Shown here one piece after another: positions 42,875 through 54,424 of a DNA stretch of 64,000 nt. Origin of the DNA: Myxococcota bacterium (GTDB taxonomy: Bacteria > Myxococcota_A > UBA9042 > PHBI01 > JAWLBL01); the NCBI GenBank assembly GCA_041687695.1, contig JAWLBL010000004.1, positions 256,001 through 320,000 of the forward strand, in the 5' to 3' direction. Numbering within the stretch: the first letter of the stretch is position 1; each line of letters begins with the position of its first letter. The notes beneath the pieces were generated by a model that was not told the DNA's origin, did no database searches, and was given only the letters and a program-made list of their open reading frames with translations. The translations under genes and the position numbers were made by a program.

Positions 42875-43454
42875 AGACAAGCGCGCCGTGCCGATGCGCG
42901 CCTGCGCGGCGTGTCGGCAGCGACGACCTGCGGCGGAGCTGGTGCGCTTCGTCGCCGTGGGGTCGTCCGTCCAGCCCGACCTGAGGCGAATCGCCCCAGG
43001 TCGGGGCGTCAACCTGTGCCCGACCCGCGCCTGCCTCGAGCGCGCCCTGCGTCGCTCGGTGTTCGGGCGCGCCTTCGGTCGTGAGCTACAGCTTGACCCT
43101 GACGACCTGGTCGCTACCTTGCGCTCCACGCTGATGGACGCGCTGCTCGCGCTCCTCGCGGACGCCCGCCGGTCCGGCGACGTCGTGGACGTCGCCCCGA
43201 ACGCCGTGGTGCCGCCGGAGCTGAAGGCGCTTCGCGACCGCAGCCTCGAATCCCCGGGCGCCTCGGGCGCCCCAGAAGTCCCCTCCGTGGCCGTCCTGTC
43301 GGCGCGGCACCGAGCCCGCGTGGCGTGGCTGGCCGAGGGGATCGCACAGTTTACATTCCCAGGGTCGGGTGATATGAACCGCCGCCACTCTTCAGGGGTG
43401 CGGGGACCCGGGCGGTCGGAGCGACAAAGCTCCCAGCGCAGTGAGAAGGCATGA
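42852..43454 (+). CDS. ylxR: YlxR (DUF448) protein with C-terminal extension
   Basis: [27 protein letters not shown]; located between nusA and infB. Confidence 0.8.
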
Positions 43455-46400
43455 GCAAGGTACGCGTTTACGAACTGGCCAAGCAATTAGGCCTCGACCA
43501 TATGGTGGTCACGCAGCGATGCCGTGAGTTGGGCATCAGCGCTGATGGCCACCTCGCGCAGTTGACCTCGGACGAGGTCGACCGGGTGAAGTCGGCCTTC
43601 AAGATGCGCCCGGCCGGTGAAGTCACCGAGAAGCGCGTCAAGTCGACCGTCATCCGCCGTCGCCGGCGTGACGACGAGCCCGCCGAGGCGCCCGAGGCCG
43701 CCGCCGCGCCGACCCCCGAGCCCAGCGCGACGGGCCCGGTCCGTCGCCGCCGCGCCGAGGGGCCGGCCGAGGCGCCAGCGCCCGAGCGCCGTGTTGCGTC
43801 GCAGCAGCCCGCCGCCCAGCCGCCGCAGGCTGCCGCGCCGACGCCGGGCCCTGCCGCGCCGCAGGGTGAGGAGCGCCCCCGCCGCGTGGCGCGCGCCGCC
43901 GAGGCCGCCGAGGCTCGCGAGGAGCGGGTCGTCGAGCGGGCCCCGGAGCCCGAGCCCGTGAAGGCTCCCGAGCCGGCTGCCCCGCCGGCCGAGCCGACGC
44001 CCGAGCCGGCGCGACCGGTCGCCGAGGCGCCGGCGCCCGAGCCCGTCAAGGCCCCCGAGCCCGAGCCCGTGGCAGCGCGCGAGGAGGCCCCCGCGGCCGC
44101 CCCCGAGCGCCCGGCGGAGGTCGCCGAGGCCGGGCCGGCCGCGGCCGAGCCCGCCGCCGGAGCCGCCGAAGGCGCCGCCGGCGAGGAGGCGGGCATCCGG
44201 ACGGACACGCAGTACGCGCAGGAGGAGGCGGTCAACGCCCCCGGCAAGCGCGAGCCCGAGCAGCCTCAGCAGCTGGCGCGCGTCGTGCGAAAGCTCGACG
44301 ACGCCCTGGCCCAGAGCCTGGTCGCCGAGGCCCAGCGCCGCGCCGAGCGCGCGGCGAGCGGGCGCGGTGGTCCGCGTGGCCCTGGCGGTCCGGGCGGCCC
44401 CGGTGGCCGGACCAGCGTCCCCGGTGGGCGCACCAGCGTCCCGGGCGGCCGCACGTCGGTCCCGGGCGGTCGCTCCGGCGGCCCGGGCAGCCGGCCCGAG
44501 CGGTACCCCGGCCCGCCGGGTCCGATGCAGGCCCAGCAGCCGGCGGCCCAGCCGGGCTTCCCGCCGCCTCCGGGCACGGGCGTCCCGGATCGTGAGGACG
44601 ATCGCAAGCGCAAAAAGCGCGGCAGCCGCGTCGCCTACGACCGCAACAAGGACCGTGGGTTCGACGATCAGATGCGCATCCGCGGCAAGCGCGGGGGCAA
44701 GGGTCGCAAGCTCAAGGGCGGCACGACCGAGCTGACGACGCCCAAGGCGTCCAAGCGCGTCATCAAGATGGAGGACACCATCACCGTGGGCGAGCTGGCC
44801 TCGCAGCTGTCGGTGAAGGCCTCCGACCTCATCAAGGTCCTGATGCGCATGGGCGAGATGGTGACCGTCAACCACGTGCTGGACGTGGACACGGTGACCC
44901 TCGTCGCGGGCGAGTTCGACTTCACGGTCGAGAACGTCTCGTTCGACATCGAGGACTACATCCCGCAGACCGCCGAGACCGAAGAGGCCGTCCAGCGCGA
45001 CGCCGTCATCACGGTCATGGGTCACGTCGACCACGGCAAGACGTCGCTGCTCGACTACATCCGCAAGGCGCGTGTGGCGGCCGGCGAGGCCGGTGGCATC
45101 ACGCAGCACATCGGCGCCTACAAGGTGCCGGTGAAGGTCGCGGGCGAGAAGAAGTCCGTGGTCTTCCTCGACACCCCGGGCCACGCGGCCTTCACGGCGA
45201 TGCGTGCGCGCGGCGCCCAGGTGACGGACATCGTCATCCTGGTGGTGGCGGCGGACGACGGCGTCATGCCGCAGACCATCGAGGCCATCAACCACTCCAA
45301 GGCGGCGGGCGTGCCCATCGTCGTGGCGTGCAACAAGATGGACAAGCCCGAGGCGAACCCTGACCGGGTCAAGCGCGAGCTGTCCGAGCACGGGCTGGTG
45401 GTGGAGGACTGGGGCGGCGACGTCCAGATGATCCCGGTGTCGGCCAAGACCGGCGCGGGCATCAGTGACCTGCTCGAGGCGGTGGCCCTGCAGGCCGACG
45501 TGCTCGACATGAAGGCGGTCGTCAACCGGCCGGCCAAGGGCGTCGTCATCGAGGCCGAGCTGAGCCGCGGCCGCGGCCCGGTCGCCACGGTCCTGGTCCA
45601 GGAGGGCACCCTCAAGAAGGGCGACATCGTCGTCGCGGGTAAGGCCACCGGCCGCGTCCGCGCGATGATCGACGACCGCGGGCGCCAGGTGAACGAGGCC
45701 GGCCCCGCGACCCCGGTCGAGGTCCTGGGCCTCAACGAGGTCCCGCCGCCGTCCGAGACCTTCTTCGCGGTCAAGGACGAGCGCGACGCCCGCTCCATCG
45801 TGGGCCACCTCGAGGACAAGGATCGCGAAAAGCGCCTGGCCGAGGAGCGCAAGAAGCTCACCCTCGACGACCTGTTCGCGCAGGTTCAGGCGGGTGAGGT
45901 CAAGACGCTGGCCCTCATCATCAAGTCGGACGTCCAGGGCTCCCTCGAGGCGCTGCGGCATGCCTTCGGCAAGCTCAAGCACCCCGAGCTCGAGGTGCGC
46001 ATCATCCACAGCGCGGTGGGTGCCATCAGCGAGTCGGACGTGGATCTCGCCAGCGCGTCGAACGCCATCATCATCGGCTTCAACGTGCGCCCCGAGAAGA
46101 ACGCCAAGGCGCTCGCCGAGCAGGAAGGCGTCGACATCAAGCTCTACTCGGTCATCTACAACGCCGTGGACGACGTCAAGGCGGCCATGGAGGGCCTGCT
46201 GTCGCCGAACATCGAGGAGCGCTTCCTCGGCAAGGCGGCGGTGCGCGAGGTCTTCTCGGTGCCCAAGTTCGGCAACATCGCCGGCTGCGCGGTGCTGCAG
46301 GGCAAGATCGTCCGCAACCAGAAGGCGCGCCTCGTCCGCGACGGCCGCGTCGTCTACCAGGGCAAGGTGGACTCGCTCCGGCGGTTCAAGGACTCGGTCA

Positions 46401-46528
46401 ACGAGGTCGATCGCGGCCACGAGTGCGGCATCCACCTCGAGAACTACAACGACGTGAAGCCGGGCGACGAGATCGAGTGCTACGAGCTGGTGGCGATCGC
46501 GCAGAAGCTCAAGCTCGAGCCCGAGTGA
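43451..46528 (+). CDS. infB: Translation initiation factor IF-2
   Basis: [26 protein letters not shown]. Confidence 0.98.
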   Translation: MSKVRVYELAKQLGLDHMVVTQRCRELGISADGHLAQLTSDEVDRVKSAFKMRPAGEVTEKRVKSTVIRRRRRDDEPAEAPEAAAAPTPEPSATGPVRRRRAEGPAEAPAPERRVASQQPAAQPPQAAAPTPGPAAPQGEERPRRVARAAEAAEAREERVVERAPEPEPVKAPEPAAPPAEPTPEPARPVAEAPAPEPVKAPEPEPVAAREEAPAAAPERPAEVAEAGPAAAEPAAGAAEGAAGEEAGIRTDTQYAQEEAVNAPGKREPEQPQQLARVVRKLDDALAQSLVAEAQRRAERAASGRGGPRGPGGPGGPGGRTSVPGGRTSVPGGRTSVPGGRSGGPGSRPERYPGPPGPMQAQQPAAQPGFPPPPGTGVPDREDDRKRKKRGSRVAYDRNKDRGFDDQMRIRGKRGGKGRKLKGGTTELTTPKASKRVIKMEDTITVGELASQLSVKASDLIKVLMRMGEMVTVNHVLDVDTVTLVAGEFDFTVENVSFDIEDYIPQTAETEEAVQRDAVITVMGHVDHGKTSLLDYIRKARVAAGEAGGITQHIGAYKVPVKVAGEKKSVVFLDTPGHAAFTAMRARGAQVTDIVILVVAADDGVMPQTIEAINHSKAAGVPIVVACNKMDKPEANPDRVKRELSEHGLVVEDWGGDVQMIPVSAKTGAGISDLLEAVALQADVLDMKAVVNRPAKGVVIEAELSRGRGPVATVLVQEGTLKKGDIVVAGKATGRVRAMIDDRGRQVNEAGPATPVEVLGLNEVPPPSETFFAVKDERDARSIVGHLEDKDREKRLAEERKKLTLDDLFAQVQAGEVKTLALIIKSDVQGSLEALRHAFGKLKHPELEVRIIHSAVGAISESDVDLASASNAIIIGFNVRPEKNAKALAEQEGVDIKLYSVIYNAVDDVKAAMEGLLSPNIEERFLGKAAVREVFSVPKFGNIAGCAVLQGKIVRNQKARLVRDGRVVYQGKVDSLRRFKDSVNEVDRGHECGIHLENYNDVKPGDEIECYELVAIAQKLKLEPE

Positions 46529-46541
46529 CCGGCGCACCATC

Positions 46542-46976
46542 GTGAGCAGTCGCCGACCCTACAAGCGGACCGATCGTCTCGGCCGTCAGTTGAAGGAGGT
46601 CCTCGCCGTCGCGCTGCAGCGCGAGACGCGCGAGGACGCCCTCCACGACGTGGTCGTGACCGAGGTCGAGGTCACGCGGGATCTGTCGCTGGCGCGCGTG
46701 TTCTTCTACACGCCGCGCGGCGCGGACCTGAAGGACGTGACGACCGCGCTCGAGCGGGCGTCCGGGTTCCTCCGGCGCCGCCTGGGCGAGGAGATCCGGA
46801 TGCGTCAGGTGCCGGAGCTGCGCTTCGTGCTCGACCAGTCCATCGATCGGGCCGAGCGCATCGAGGGCATCCTGGCGGGGCTGCGCGCCGATCACGACGA
46901 TCCGCACGCCGAGCAGGTCGAAGAGGACGTCGAGGACCGCGAGGTCGACGACGGCGAGGGCGAGCCCCGCCCGTGA
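46542..46976 (+). CDS. rbfA: Ribosome-binding factor A
   Basis: VTEVEVTRDLSLARVF, ASGFLR, MRQVPELRF. Confidence 0.95.
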   Translation: MSSRRPYKRTDRLGRQLKEVLAVALQRETREDALHDVVVTEVEVTRDLSLARVFFYTPRGADLKDVTTALERASGFLRRRLGEEIRMRQVPELRFVLDQSIDRAERIEGILAGLRADHDDPHAEQVEEDVEDREVDDGEGEPRP

Positions 46977-47848
46977 GCGCCCCCCTCGCGGGGTCGCACG
47001 GCGTCGTCGTCATCGACAAGCCCGTGGGGCCCACCTCCTTCACCGTGATGAGGCGCGTGCAGCGGGCGCTCGGCGTTCGCCGCGCCGGGCACGCCGGGAC
47101 GTTGGATCCGGCGGCGTCGGGCGTGCTCGTCGTGCTGCTGGGCGAGGCGACCAAGCTCAGCGCGTGGGTGATGGACCACGACAAGGCGTATCGCGCCGTG
47201 GTGGCGTTGGGGACGGCGACGGACACCTGCGACGCGCAGGGCCAGGTCGTCGCGTCGGGGCCCGTGCCGGCGGAGGCCACGCGGCCCGAGGTGATCCGGG
47301 AGGCCCTCGCGGGGCTCACCGGTGCGACGATGCAGCGTCCGCCGGCCTTTGCGGCCATCAAGCAGGGGGGCCGCACGCTGATGAGCCGCGCGCGGGCCGG
47401 CGAGGAGGTCGCGCTGATCCCGCGGCCCGTCGTGTGCCATGGGATCGAGCTGGTCGACGTCGCCGAGTCCCAGATCACGCTCGATGTCCACTGCGGCAAG
47501 GGCTACTACGTCCGATCGCTCGCGCGGGACCTGGGCGAGGCGCTCGGCGTCCCGGCGCACCTGGCCGCGCTGCGGCGGACGCGGGTCGGGGCCTTCGGGC
47601 TGGAAGGCGCCGTGGGGCCCGACGAGGTCACGCCGGCGCACGTTCGCCCGCTCATCGAGGCCGTCCCCGATGTCCCCCACCTGAGCCTGACCGAGGACGA
47701 GGCGACCGACATCGGCTTCGGCCGCCCCGTCCCCGCCCGGCACCCCGGATCCCGGGCCCTGCTGCTGTCGCCCGCGGGCCTGCCGCTGGCGATGGCGGTG
47801 CGCGAGGGCGAGGTCTGGAAGGTCGCCCGCGGCTTCCGGTTCGACTGA
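46973..47848 (+). CDS. truB: tRNA pseudouridine(55) synthase
   Basis: DKPVGPTS, GHAGTLDPAASG, CGKGYYVRSLARDLG. Confidence 0.95.
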   Translation: MSAPLAGSHGVVVIDKPVGPTSFTVMRRVQRALGVRRAGHAGTLDPAASGVLVVLLGEATKLSAWVMDHDKAYRAVVALGTATDTCDAQGQVVASGPVPAEATRPEVIREALAGLTGATMQRPPAFAAIKQGGRTLMSRARAGEEVALIPRPVVCHGIELVDVAESQITLDVHCGKGYYVRSLARDLGEALGVPAHLAALRRTRVGAFGLEGAVGPDEVTPAHVRPLIEAVPDVPHLSLTEDEATDIGFGRPVPARHPGSRALLLSPAGLPLAMAVREGEVWKVARGFRFD

Positions 47849-47894
47849 TCCCCGGAGCAAGTCGCTCCACGCGACCCGCGTCGTGATTCGCGGG

Positions 47895-47923
47895 TTGACT
47901 TCGCCCCGGGCGGCGTATAGCTT
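47895..47923 (+). promoter_or_regulatory. sigma70-type promoter of rpsO-pnp
   Basis: TTGACT-17 bp-TAGCTT (TATAGC overlaps); AGGAGA RBS before rpsO. Confidence 0.55.
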
Positions 47924-47965
47924 CCCGCCCGGCAAAAACTGAGAAGAGAACTAGGAGAGACGCCC

Positions 47966-48235
47966 ATGGCGCTCCTGCCCGAGACCAAGACCGAGCTCAT
48001 CGACCGCTTCAAGCGCTCCGACACCGACACGGGTTCGCCCGAGGTGCAGATCGCGCTGCTGACCGAGCGGATCAACCAGCTGACGGCTCACTTCCAGAGC
48101 CACAAGAAGGACCACCACTCGCGTCGTGGCCTTCTGAAGCTGGTCGGTCAGCGCCGGCGGCTGCTGAACTACGTCCGTGCCCAGGACGTCGAGCGCTACC
48201 GCACGCTCATCGGCGCGCTGGGTATCCGCAAGTAG
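47966..48235 (+). CDS. rpsO: 30S ribosomal protein S15
   Basis: [33 protein letters not shown]. Confidence 0.98.
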   Translation: MALLPETKTELIDRFKRSDTDTGSPEVQIALLTERINQLTAHFQSHKKDHHSRRGLLKLVGQRRRLLNYVRAQDVERYRTLIGALGIRK

Positions 48236-48249
48236 TCCGCGCAGCGGTT

Positions 48250-48293
48250 CGAGACATGCGTCAGCCCGGTGTCGCCGGGCGACGTGTGTCTTG
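48250..48293 (+). promoter_or_regulatory. Long stem-loop in rpsO-pnp intergenic region
   Basis: CGAGACATGCGTC-A-GCCCGG / CCGGGC-GACGTGTGTCTTG inverted repeat with G-U pairs. Confidence 0.55.
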
Positions 48294-48438
48294 CGCTTGA
48301 TTCCCTCGTCAAGGGGGCGGGCTTCGCGGCCGACCGGACGCACTTGTGCGTCTTGGTGGAACAGCTTCGTTCGCGCGCTCCTCGAGGGCTCGGGTCTGGC
48401 GCCCTGGCGTCGACCAATCACCCAATGAGGAAAGCCTG

Positions 48439-50550
48439 ATGGCCCTGTTCCCCAATATCGTCCGCGAGACCGTCGAGTTCGGCGGCCGCCCCCTGACACT
48501 CGAGACCGGCCGCCTGGCCAAGCAGGCCGGCGGCAGCGTTTTGGTCACGCACGGTGAGACCGTCGTCCTCGTGACGGCGACGTCGTCGTACGCGCCCCGC
48601 CCGGGCCTCGACTTCTTCCCGCTGGTCTGCGACGTCATCGAGAAGACCTACGCGGCCGGCAAGCTGCCCGGCGGCTTCTTCAAGCGCGAAGGTCGCCCCT
48701 CGGAAGAGTCGACGCTGGCCAGCCGCCTGGTGGACCGTTCGCTGCGCCCGCTCTTCCCGGAAGGGTTCAAGAACGAGGTCCAGATCGTCGCCACCGTGAT
48801 GAGCGTCGACGGCGAGAACGACCCCAACGTCGCGGCGCTCATCGGCGCCTCGGCCGCGCTGACCATCAGCGACATCCCGTGGAACGGCCCGATCGCCGGC
48901 GCGATCGTCGGCCGCCTCGACGGGCGCTGGGTCGCGATGCCGCCCGTGTCGCGCCTCGAGGAGAGCGACGTCGAGCTGCTCGTGGCCGCCCGCCCCGACG
49001 GCATCGTCATGGTCGAGGGCGGCGCCAAGGAGCTGAGCGAGGACGAGGTCATCGAGGCCCTCCGCTTCGGCCACGAGGCCATGAAGCCGGTCTTCGAGGC
49101 CATCGAGACCCTGCGTCAGAAGGCGGGCAAGGAAAAGCGCCCCTGGACGCCGGCCGCCAAGGACGAGGACTTCCTCGGCCGCGCCCGCGAGATCGCGCGG
49201 CCGATGGTGGCCGAGGCGGCCTTCATCCAGGACAAGGGTGTGCGCTACCAGACGATGGGCGCCATCCCGGCCAAGGTCGCCGAGCAGCTCGGTGACGGCG
49301 CGTCCGAGCGCATGGGCGAGATCAAGTCGGTCGTCGGCGACCTGAAGTACGATCTGGTCCGCGAGCGCATCCTGGCCGACAAGAAGCGCATCGACGGCCG
49401 TGGGCTCGCGGACATCCGCGAGATCGCGTGCGAGATCGGGCCGCTGCCGCGCACCCACGGCTCGGCGCTGTTCACGCGAGGCGAGACGCAGGTCCTCGTC
49501 AGCGTGACCTTCGGCACCAAGAAGGACGAGCAGCGCGTCGACGCGCTGAGCGGCGAGTACTTCCAGCGCTTCCTGCTGCACTACAACTTCCCGCCGTTCT
49601 CGGTGGGTGAGGTGCGCATGCTGCGTGGCCCGAGCCGCCGCGACATCGGCCACGGCAACCTCGCCCGCCGCGGCGTGCTGCCGATCGTGCCCGGGGCTGA
49701 CGAGTTCCCCTACACGATCCGCATCGTCTCCGAGGTGCTCGAGTCGAACGGCTCGTCCTCCATGGCGACCGTCTGCGGCGCCTCGCTGGCGATGATGCAG
49801 GCGGGCGTGCCGGTGAAGAAGGCCGTCGCGGGCATCGCGATGGGCCTCATCTCGGACGGCCAGCGGGTCGCGGTGCTCAGCGACATCCTGGGCGACGAGG
49901 ACCACCTCGGCGACATGGACTTCAAGGTCGTCGGCACCGGCGACGGCATCACCGCGCTGCAGATGGACATCAAGATCGAGTCGCTCAGCTGGGACGTGCT
50001 GCGCCAGGCGCTGCAGCAGGCCCGCGACGGCCGCGTCCACATCCTGGGCGAGATGAACAAGGCGATCACGGAGCCGGCCGACGACCTGTCGGCGCACGCT
50101 CCGCGCATCTTCACCGTGCTCATCAACCCCGAGAAGATCCGCGACCTCATCGGCCCGGGCGGCAAGAACATCCGCAGCATCATCGCGGACACCGGCGTCG
50201 AGATCGACGTGTCCGACGACGGGCGCGTGGACGTGGCGGCGGTCGACGGCGAGTCGGCGGCGCGCGCCATCGAGCTCATCAAGGGCTGCACCGAGGAGCC
50301 CGAGGTCGGGCGCATCTACCTGGGCAAGGTGGCCAAGGTCGTCGACTTCGGCGCCTTCGTGACCATCATGCCGGGCACCGATGGCCTGTGTCACATCTCC
50401 GAGCTCGCCGAGGGGCGCGTCCGCGCCGTCGAGGACGTGCTCAAGGAGGGCGACGAGGTGCTGGTGAAGGTCATGGGCATCGACCGCCAGGGCAAGATCA
50501 AGCTCTCGCGGCGCGCGGCCCTCGAGGAGACGGGCGACGCCGAGGCCTGA
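48439..50550 (+). CDS. pnp: Polyribonucleotide nucleotidyltransferase
   Basis: [53 protein letters not shown] and S1 domains. Confidence 0.98.
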   Translation: MALFPNIVRETVEFGGRPLTLETGRLAKQAGGSVLVTHGETVVLVTATSSYAPRPGLDFFPLVCDVIEKTYAAGKLPGGFFKREGRPSEESTLASRLVDRSLRPLFPEGFKNEVQIVATVMSVDGENDPNVAALIGASAALTISDIPWNGPIAGAIVGRLDGRWVAMPPVSRLEESDVELLVAARPDGIVMVEGGAKELSEDEVIEALRFGHEAMKPVFEAIETLRQKAGKEKRPWTPAAKDEDFLGRAREIARPMVAEAAFIQDKGVRYQTMGAIPAKVAEQLGDGASERMGEIKSVVGDLKYDLVRERILADKKRIDGRGLADIREIACEIGPLPRTHGSALFTRGETQVLVSVTFGTKKDEQRVDALSGEYFQRFLLHYNFPPFSVGEVRMLRGPSRRDIGHGNLARRGVLPIVPGADEFPYTIRIVSEVLESNGSSSMATVCGASLAMMQAGVPVKKAVAGIAMGLISDGQRVAVLSDILGDEDHLGDMDFKVVGTGDGITALQMDIKIESLSWDVLRQALQQARDGRVHILGEMNKAITEPADDLSAHAPRIFTVLINPEKIRDLIGPGGKNIRSIIADTGVEIDVSDDGRVDVAAVDGESAARAIELIKGCTEEPEVGRIYLGKVAKVVDFGAFVTIMPGTDGLCHISELAEGRVRAVEDVLKEGDEVLVKVMGIDRQGKIKLSRRAALEETGDAEA

Positions 50551-50572
50551 TTTGGCGCCTCGGGAGTCACCT

Positions 50573-51013
50573 GTGATTCAGGTCCGGCGTCTCCGCCCCG
50601 AGCGGGACGCCGACCTGCCGCTGCCCCGGTACATGACCGCCGGGGCGGCGGGGCTCGACGTCGTCGCGGCGGTCGAGCAGGACCTGACGCTCGCGCCGAT
50701 GGCCCGCGCCCTCGTCCCGACGGGGCTCGCGGTGGCCATCCCGCCGGGCTGGGAGGTCCAGGTGAGGCCCCGCAGCGGCCTCGCGTTGAAGCATGGCGTC
50801 TCGCAGGTCAACGCGCCCGGGACCATCGACTCCGACTATCGGGGTGAGGTCGGGATCCTGCTCATCAACCTGGGCAGCGAGCCCTTCGTGGTCCGGCGCG
50901 GCGACCGCATCGCGCAGCTGGTCGTGGCGCCGGCGGTGCACGCCCGCCTGGTCGAGGTCGACGCCCTGGACGACACGCGACGCGGCGGCGGCGGCTTCGG
51001 GCACACCGGGTAG
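50573..51013 (+). CDS. dut: dUTP diphosphatase
   Basis: [38 protein letters not shown]. Confidence 0.97.
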   Translation: MIQVRRLRPERDADLPLPRYMTAGAAGLDVVAAVEQDLTLAPMARALVPTGLAVAIPPGWEVQVRPRSGLALKHGVSQVNAPGTIDSDYRGEVGILLINLGSEPFVVRRGDRIAQLVVAPAVHARLVEVDALDDTRRGGGGFGHTG

Positions 51014-51312
51014 CGGCCCGCGCGCGGACGGGCCGGCGGACGGTGTGGCGCCGGTGCTCGGGAATGTTGCGACGCACCGAACGCTTGCATCGGCTCATGG
51101 GTGGCCACGGGGGAAGTGACGCCGCGCGCGACGTGTTCCTGACCTTGGACACCCGAGCCTGCGGCCGTGGTCCGTCAAACACCAGCTGGTGCCCAGGCTC
51201 TCGCTCAGTGCATGCGCAGGGGGGCCGGTTGTTGTGCGGCCCCCGAACTGCGGACTATCCTCACGAAAAGCGCCATCCCGCTCGGATGGCGAGGAACCGA
51301 CAGGACACCACG

Positions 51313-53271
51313 ATGGCCCATCGCTCCTCCAGGAATTCGCTCTCTTACGGCCGCGCGCGCTCGGCTTCGTCGTTGGCGAGGTTGCTGGCGGTGCTGCTGA
51401 CCGCGACGCTGGCCTCCGGGCTGGGCGCTTGCCAGGGCTCCGCGCAAGCGCAGAACGAGCGCGAGCACAACCTCGCCAGCCGCAGCGGCGGGGTCCCCCT
51501 CGAGGGCTCGGCCAACCGCGTCGGCGTGCCGACGACCGGCGTGGTGCAGGCCTTCGGCGCGGCGGCCAGCGCGGCGCAGGCGGGCGACGACGAGGAGCCC
51601 AAGGACTACTGGGCGGCCATCTCGTTCGATCGCAGCAACTTCGACGAGGTCCGCAAGTTCGTGAAGGACCGCTACATCGAGGCGCGCATCGACGAGACGC
51701 TGGCCTGGGCCGAGGCCGCCGCGTTCGCGGTGGCGTCCGACGAGGACCGGACGCTCTTGCTGCTGCCCGAGTCGTTCTATCTCGCCCGCAAGGACCACCC
51801 CGACGAGAAGGGCAAGCTGCAGGGCAAGGTCGTCAAGATCTCGCCCGAAGACCGCTTCGTCCTGCTCGAGGAGGTCGACAAGGAGGGCGAGGAGGAGAGC
51901 AACAAGCGCCTGAGCGACGACGAGATCCGCGAGCTGCGTGACAAGCAGAAGGAGCGCCGCCGCCAGCTCGACGAGGCCTGGCGCGCCGCCCGCTTCGGGC
52001 CCAAGGACTTCGAGCGCCTCATGGACTGGACCTCGCGCGAGCTGGGCAAGGGCAAGGACTCGAAGTGGTCGATGAAGCGCGCCTGGGTCGCGGCCGCGCA
52101 GGGCTACCTCTACTCGCTCGACCCGCACTCGTCGCTCATCCCGAAGTCGGCCTGGGACGACTCGACCAAGGAAGTGCAGGACTCTTCCTTCGAGGGCATC
52201 GGCGCCATCCTGACCCGCCGCCCCGACAGCGAGTACACCATCGTCGAGAGCCCCATCGAGGGCCAGCCGGCCGTGGCCGCGGGCCTGCGCGCCGGTGACA
52301 TGATCCTCAAGGTCGACGGCAAGGACATCAAGGGCGAGATCCTGTCCAAGGTGGTCTCCCGCATCCGCGGCAAGGGCGGCACGGTCGTCACCCTGACGGT
52401 CCAGCGCGAGGGTGAGCCCGAGCCGATGGACATCGCCATCAAGCGCGGCCGCATCGAGGTCAAGAACGTCAAGTACGACCTCGTGCCCAACCACGAGGAC
52501 ATCGGCTACATCAAGCTGACGGGCTTCGTCCCGCACAGCGAGACCGACATCGTGCGGGCCTACGAGGAGCTGAAGAAGAAGACCAAGGGCAAGCGCCTCA
52601 AGGGCCTCATCCTCGATCTCCGCAACAACTCGGGCGGCCTGCTCAAGGAAGGCATCAACATCGCCGACCGCTTCGTCCACAACGGCGTCATCGTCTCCGT
52701 CAAGAGCCGCGCCGGCACGGGCGAGGAGGAGACCTATCGCGCCAAGCCCGAGGGCACCTGGGACGTGCCGCTGGTGGTGCTGGTCAACGACGGCTCGGCC
52801 TCGGCCTCGGAGATCGTCGCGTCGGCCATCCAGGAGAACGGCCGCGGCCTCGTCCTCGGCGACCGCACCTTCGGCAAGGCCAGCGTCCAGACGCTCTTCA
52901 CGCCGCTGCTGCGCGACGACTACTACATCAAGCTGACCGTCGCGCGGTACTACAGCCCGCTCGGGCGCACGCTGCAGGTCGTGGGCGTCAACCCGGACCT
53001 CGTCGTCCCGCCCGATGTCGACGGCAAGATGCCGCTGGGCTTCCGCGAGGAGAACCTCTCGCACCACCTGCCGCCGCTCAACCCCGATCTGCCCACGCCG
53101 AACGACGCCATCGTGAAGGCGGTCGAGGCGTGCGCGCAGCAGCAGGGCAGGGCGCGCAAGCTGCACGCGGCCGATCCCAACCCGGCCATCAAGTTCGACT
53201 TCCAGAAGATGTACGCGGCCGATCTGCTGCAGTGCATGCCCGCGGACGGCTACGGCACGGCCCAGCGCTGA
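51313..53271 (+). CDS. S41A carboxyl-terminal processing protease (CtpA/Prc family), probable lipoprotein
   Basis: LGAC lipobox; LDPHS, PDZ (FEGIGA), LDLRNNSGG, SASASEIV, TFGKASVQ. Confidence 0.92.
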   Translation: MAHRSSRNSLSYGRARSASSLARLLAVLLTATLASGLGACQGSAQAQNEREHNLASRSGGVPLEGSANRVGVPTTGVVQAFGAAASAAQAGDDEEPKDYWAAISFDRSNFDEVRKFVKDRYIEARIDETLAWAEAAAFAVASDEDRTLLLLPESFYLARKDHPDEKGKLQGKVVKISPEDRFVLLEEVDKEGEEESNKRLSDDEIRELRDKQKERRRQLDEAWRAARFGPKDFERLMDWTSRELGKGKDSKWSMKRAWVAAAQGYLYSLDPHSSLIPKSAWDDSTKEVQDSSFEGIGAILTRRPDSEYTIVESPIEGQPAVAAGLRAGDMILKVDGKDIKGEILSKVVSRIRGKGGTVVTLTVQREGEPEPMDIAIKRGRIEVKNVKYDLVPNHEDIGYIKLTGFVPHSETDIVRAYEELKKKTKGKRLKGLILDLRNNSGGLLKEGINIADRFVHNGVIVSVKSRAGTGEEETYRAKPEGTWDVPLVVLVNDGSASASEIVASAIQENGRGLVLGDRTFGKASVQTLFTPLLRDDYYIKLTVARYYSPLGRTLQVVGVNPDLVVPPDVDGKMPLGFREENLSHHLPPLNPDLPTPNDAIVKAVEACAQQQGRARKLHAADPNPAIKFDFQKMYAADLLQCMPADGYGTAQR

Positions 53272-53304
53272 ACCGCGGGCCGAGTGGCCCAACGCTATGA
53301 CTTC

Positions 53305-53338
53305 GAGGCGCCGTCTCCCTACGCGGAGGCGGCGCCTT
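53305..53338 (+). terminator. Probable terminator hairpin after the S41 protease gene
   Basis: 14-bp stem GAGGCGCCGTCTCC / GGAGGCGGCGCCTT, followed by CGTTGCTTGT. Confidence 0.55.
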
Positions 53339-53355
53339 CGTTGCTTGTGCGGGTT

Positions 53356-53570
53356 GACGGCCGATGTCAGGCGCCGCGTGGACGAGAGGCGTCTGGGGCC
53401 GGGGGGACGGGTGACGTCTGGGGCCGAGTGGACGGGTGACATCTGGGGCCGCGTCGACGGGTGACGTCTGGGTCCGCACGGTCGGTGACGTCTGGGGCCG
53501 CACAGTCGGGTGTGACGGCGGGGGCCGCGTGGACGGTTGAAGTCTGGGGCCGCGTGGACGGGTGACGGGT
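53356..53570 (+). repeat. Degenerate 25-bp tandem repeat, about 8 copies
   Basis: Consensus GACGGGTGACGTCTGGGGCCGCGTG; units at 53356, 53381, 53406, 53431, 53456, 53481, 53505, 53532 and partial at 53557. Confidence 0.85.
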
Positions 53571-53624
53571 CGACGTGGTAGAGGTCCGGGCAGCTCTTCC
53601 CACCGGTTGCCTGGAGACGAACGC

Positions 53625-54362
53625 ATGTCAGAGCCCACCCTCACGGACGTCGTCGAGCGCCTCGAGCGGCTCGAGCGCGCCATCGAAGCGCTCACCCAGG
53701 CGGTCCAGGGGGCGTCGCCAGCGAAGGTCGAGACGGTCCAGACGCCTGCGAAGCCGGCGGTAGTCGCGGAGTCGCCGGCCGCGGTGGTCCCGGCCGGCAA
53801 GCCTGCGGCGGCCGTGGCGCCGGCGTCGTCCCTCGCAGCCGCAGGGGGCGGGGCGGCGGTGACGGAGCGGCCTGCGGCGGCCACCCGGACGGCGGCTGCG
53901 GCCTCGAAGGCCCCGTCGGCCGAGGCCGCGCCCGGCGTGGTGCCTGGCGGCGGCGACGTGGAGGGCGGCGAAGCGGCGGCCACCGTGGCCCTGCCGGGGC
54001 CCGACGCCTCCGTCGAGGACATGCTGACCCTGGTCTTCCAGCTGGCGATGACGGGCACCGAGGAGGAGGCCTGGCCGTCTCTGGCGGCTCTGACGCACCC
54101 CAAGGCCCTGGCGGGGCCGCGCACGCTCGATCACCTCAAGGCCTTCAACTGGCGCAAGCTGCGCCGCGGCGTGGGGCGCTACCTGTCGGGCGCGGACCCG
54201 CGCAGCTTCACCATCGAGCGGATGGAGCCGGCCGAGGTCGGCCCCGACGTGGAGAACGTGAAGATCTTCCTGTGGCAGGACGGGGCGAGCCCGGCGCCCA
54301 TCACCTTCCGGCGGGACGAGCGGGCCGGCGGCGCCTGGCGCATCGGTCAGATCTCGCTCTGA
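53625..54362 (+). CDS. Hypothetical protein (N-terminal coiled coil, Ala/Pro linker, C-terminal globular domain)
   Basis: GGAGA RBS; GC3-rich codon usage; DVVERLERLERAIEAL heptads. Confidence 0.7.
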   Translation: MSEPTLTDVVERLERLERAIEALTQAVQGASPAKVETVQTPAKPAVVAESPAAVVPAGKPAAAVAPASSLAAAGGGAAVTERPAAATRTAAAASKAPSAEAAPGVVPGGGDVEGGEAAATVALPGPDASVEDMLTLVFQLAMTGTEEEAWPSLAALTHPKALAGPRTLDHLKAFNWRKLRRGVGRYLSGADPRSFTIERMEPAEVGPDVENVKIFLWQDGASPAPITFRRDERAGGAWRIGQISL

Positions 54363-54366
54363 CGTG

Positions 54367-54395
54367 TTGACAGTGGGCCGCGAGGCCTGTACACA
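54367..54395 (+). promoter_or_regulatory. sigma70-type promoter of tRNA-Cys
   Basis: TTGACA-17 bp-TACACA. Confidence 0.6.
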
Positions 54396-54424
54396 GGCGT
54401 TCGCTTCGCGCGGCGGTGGGCTTC

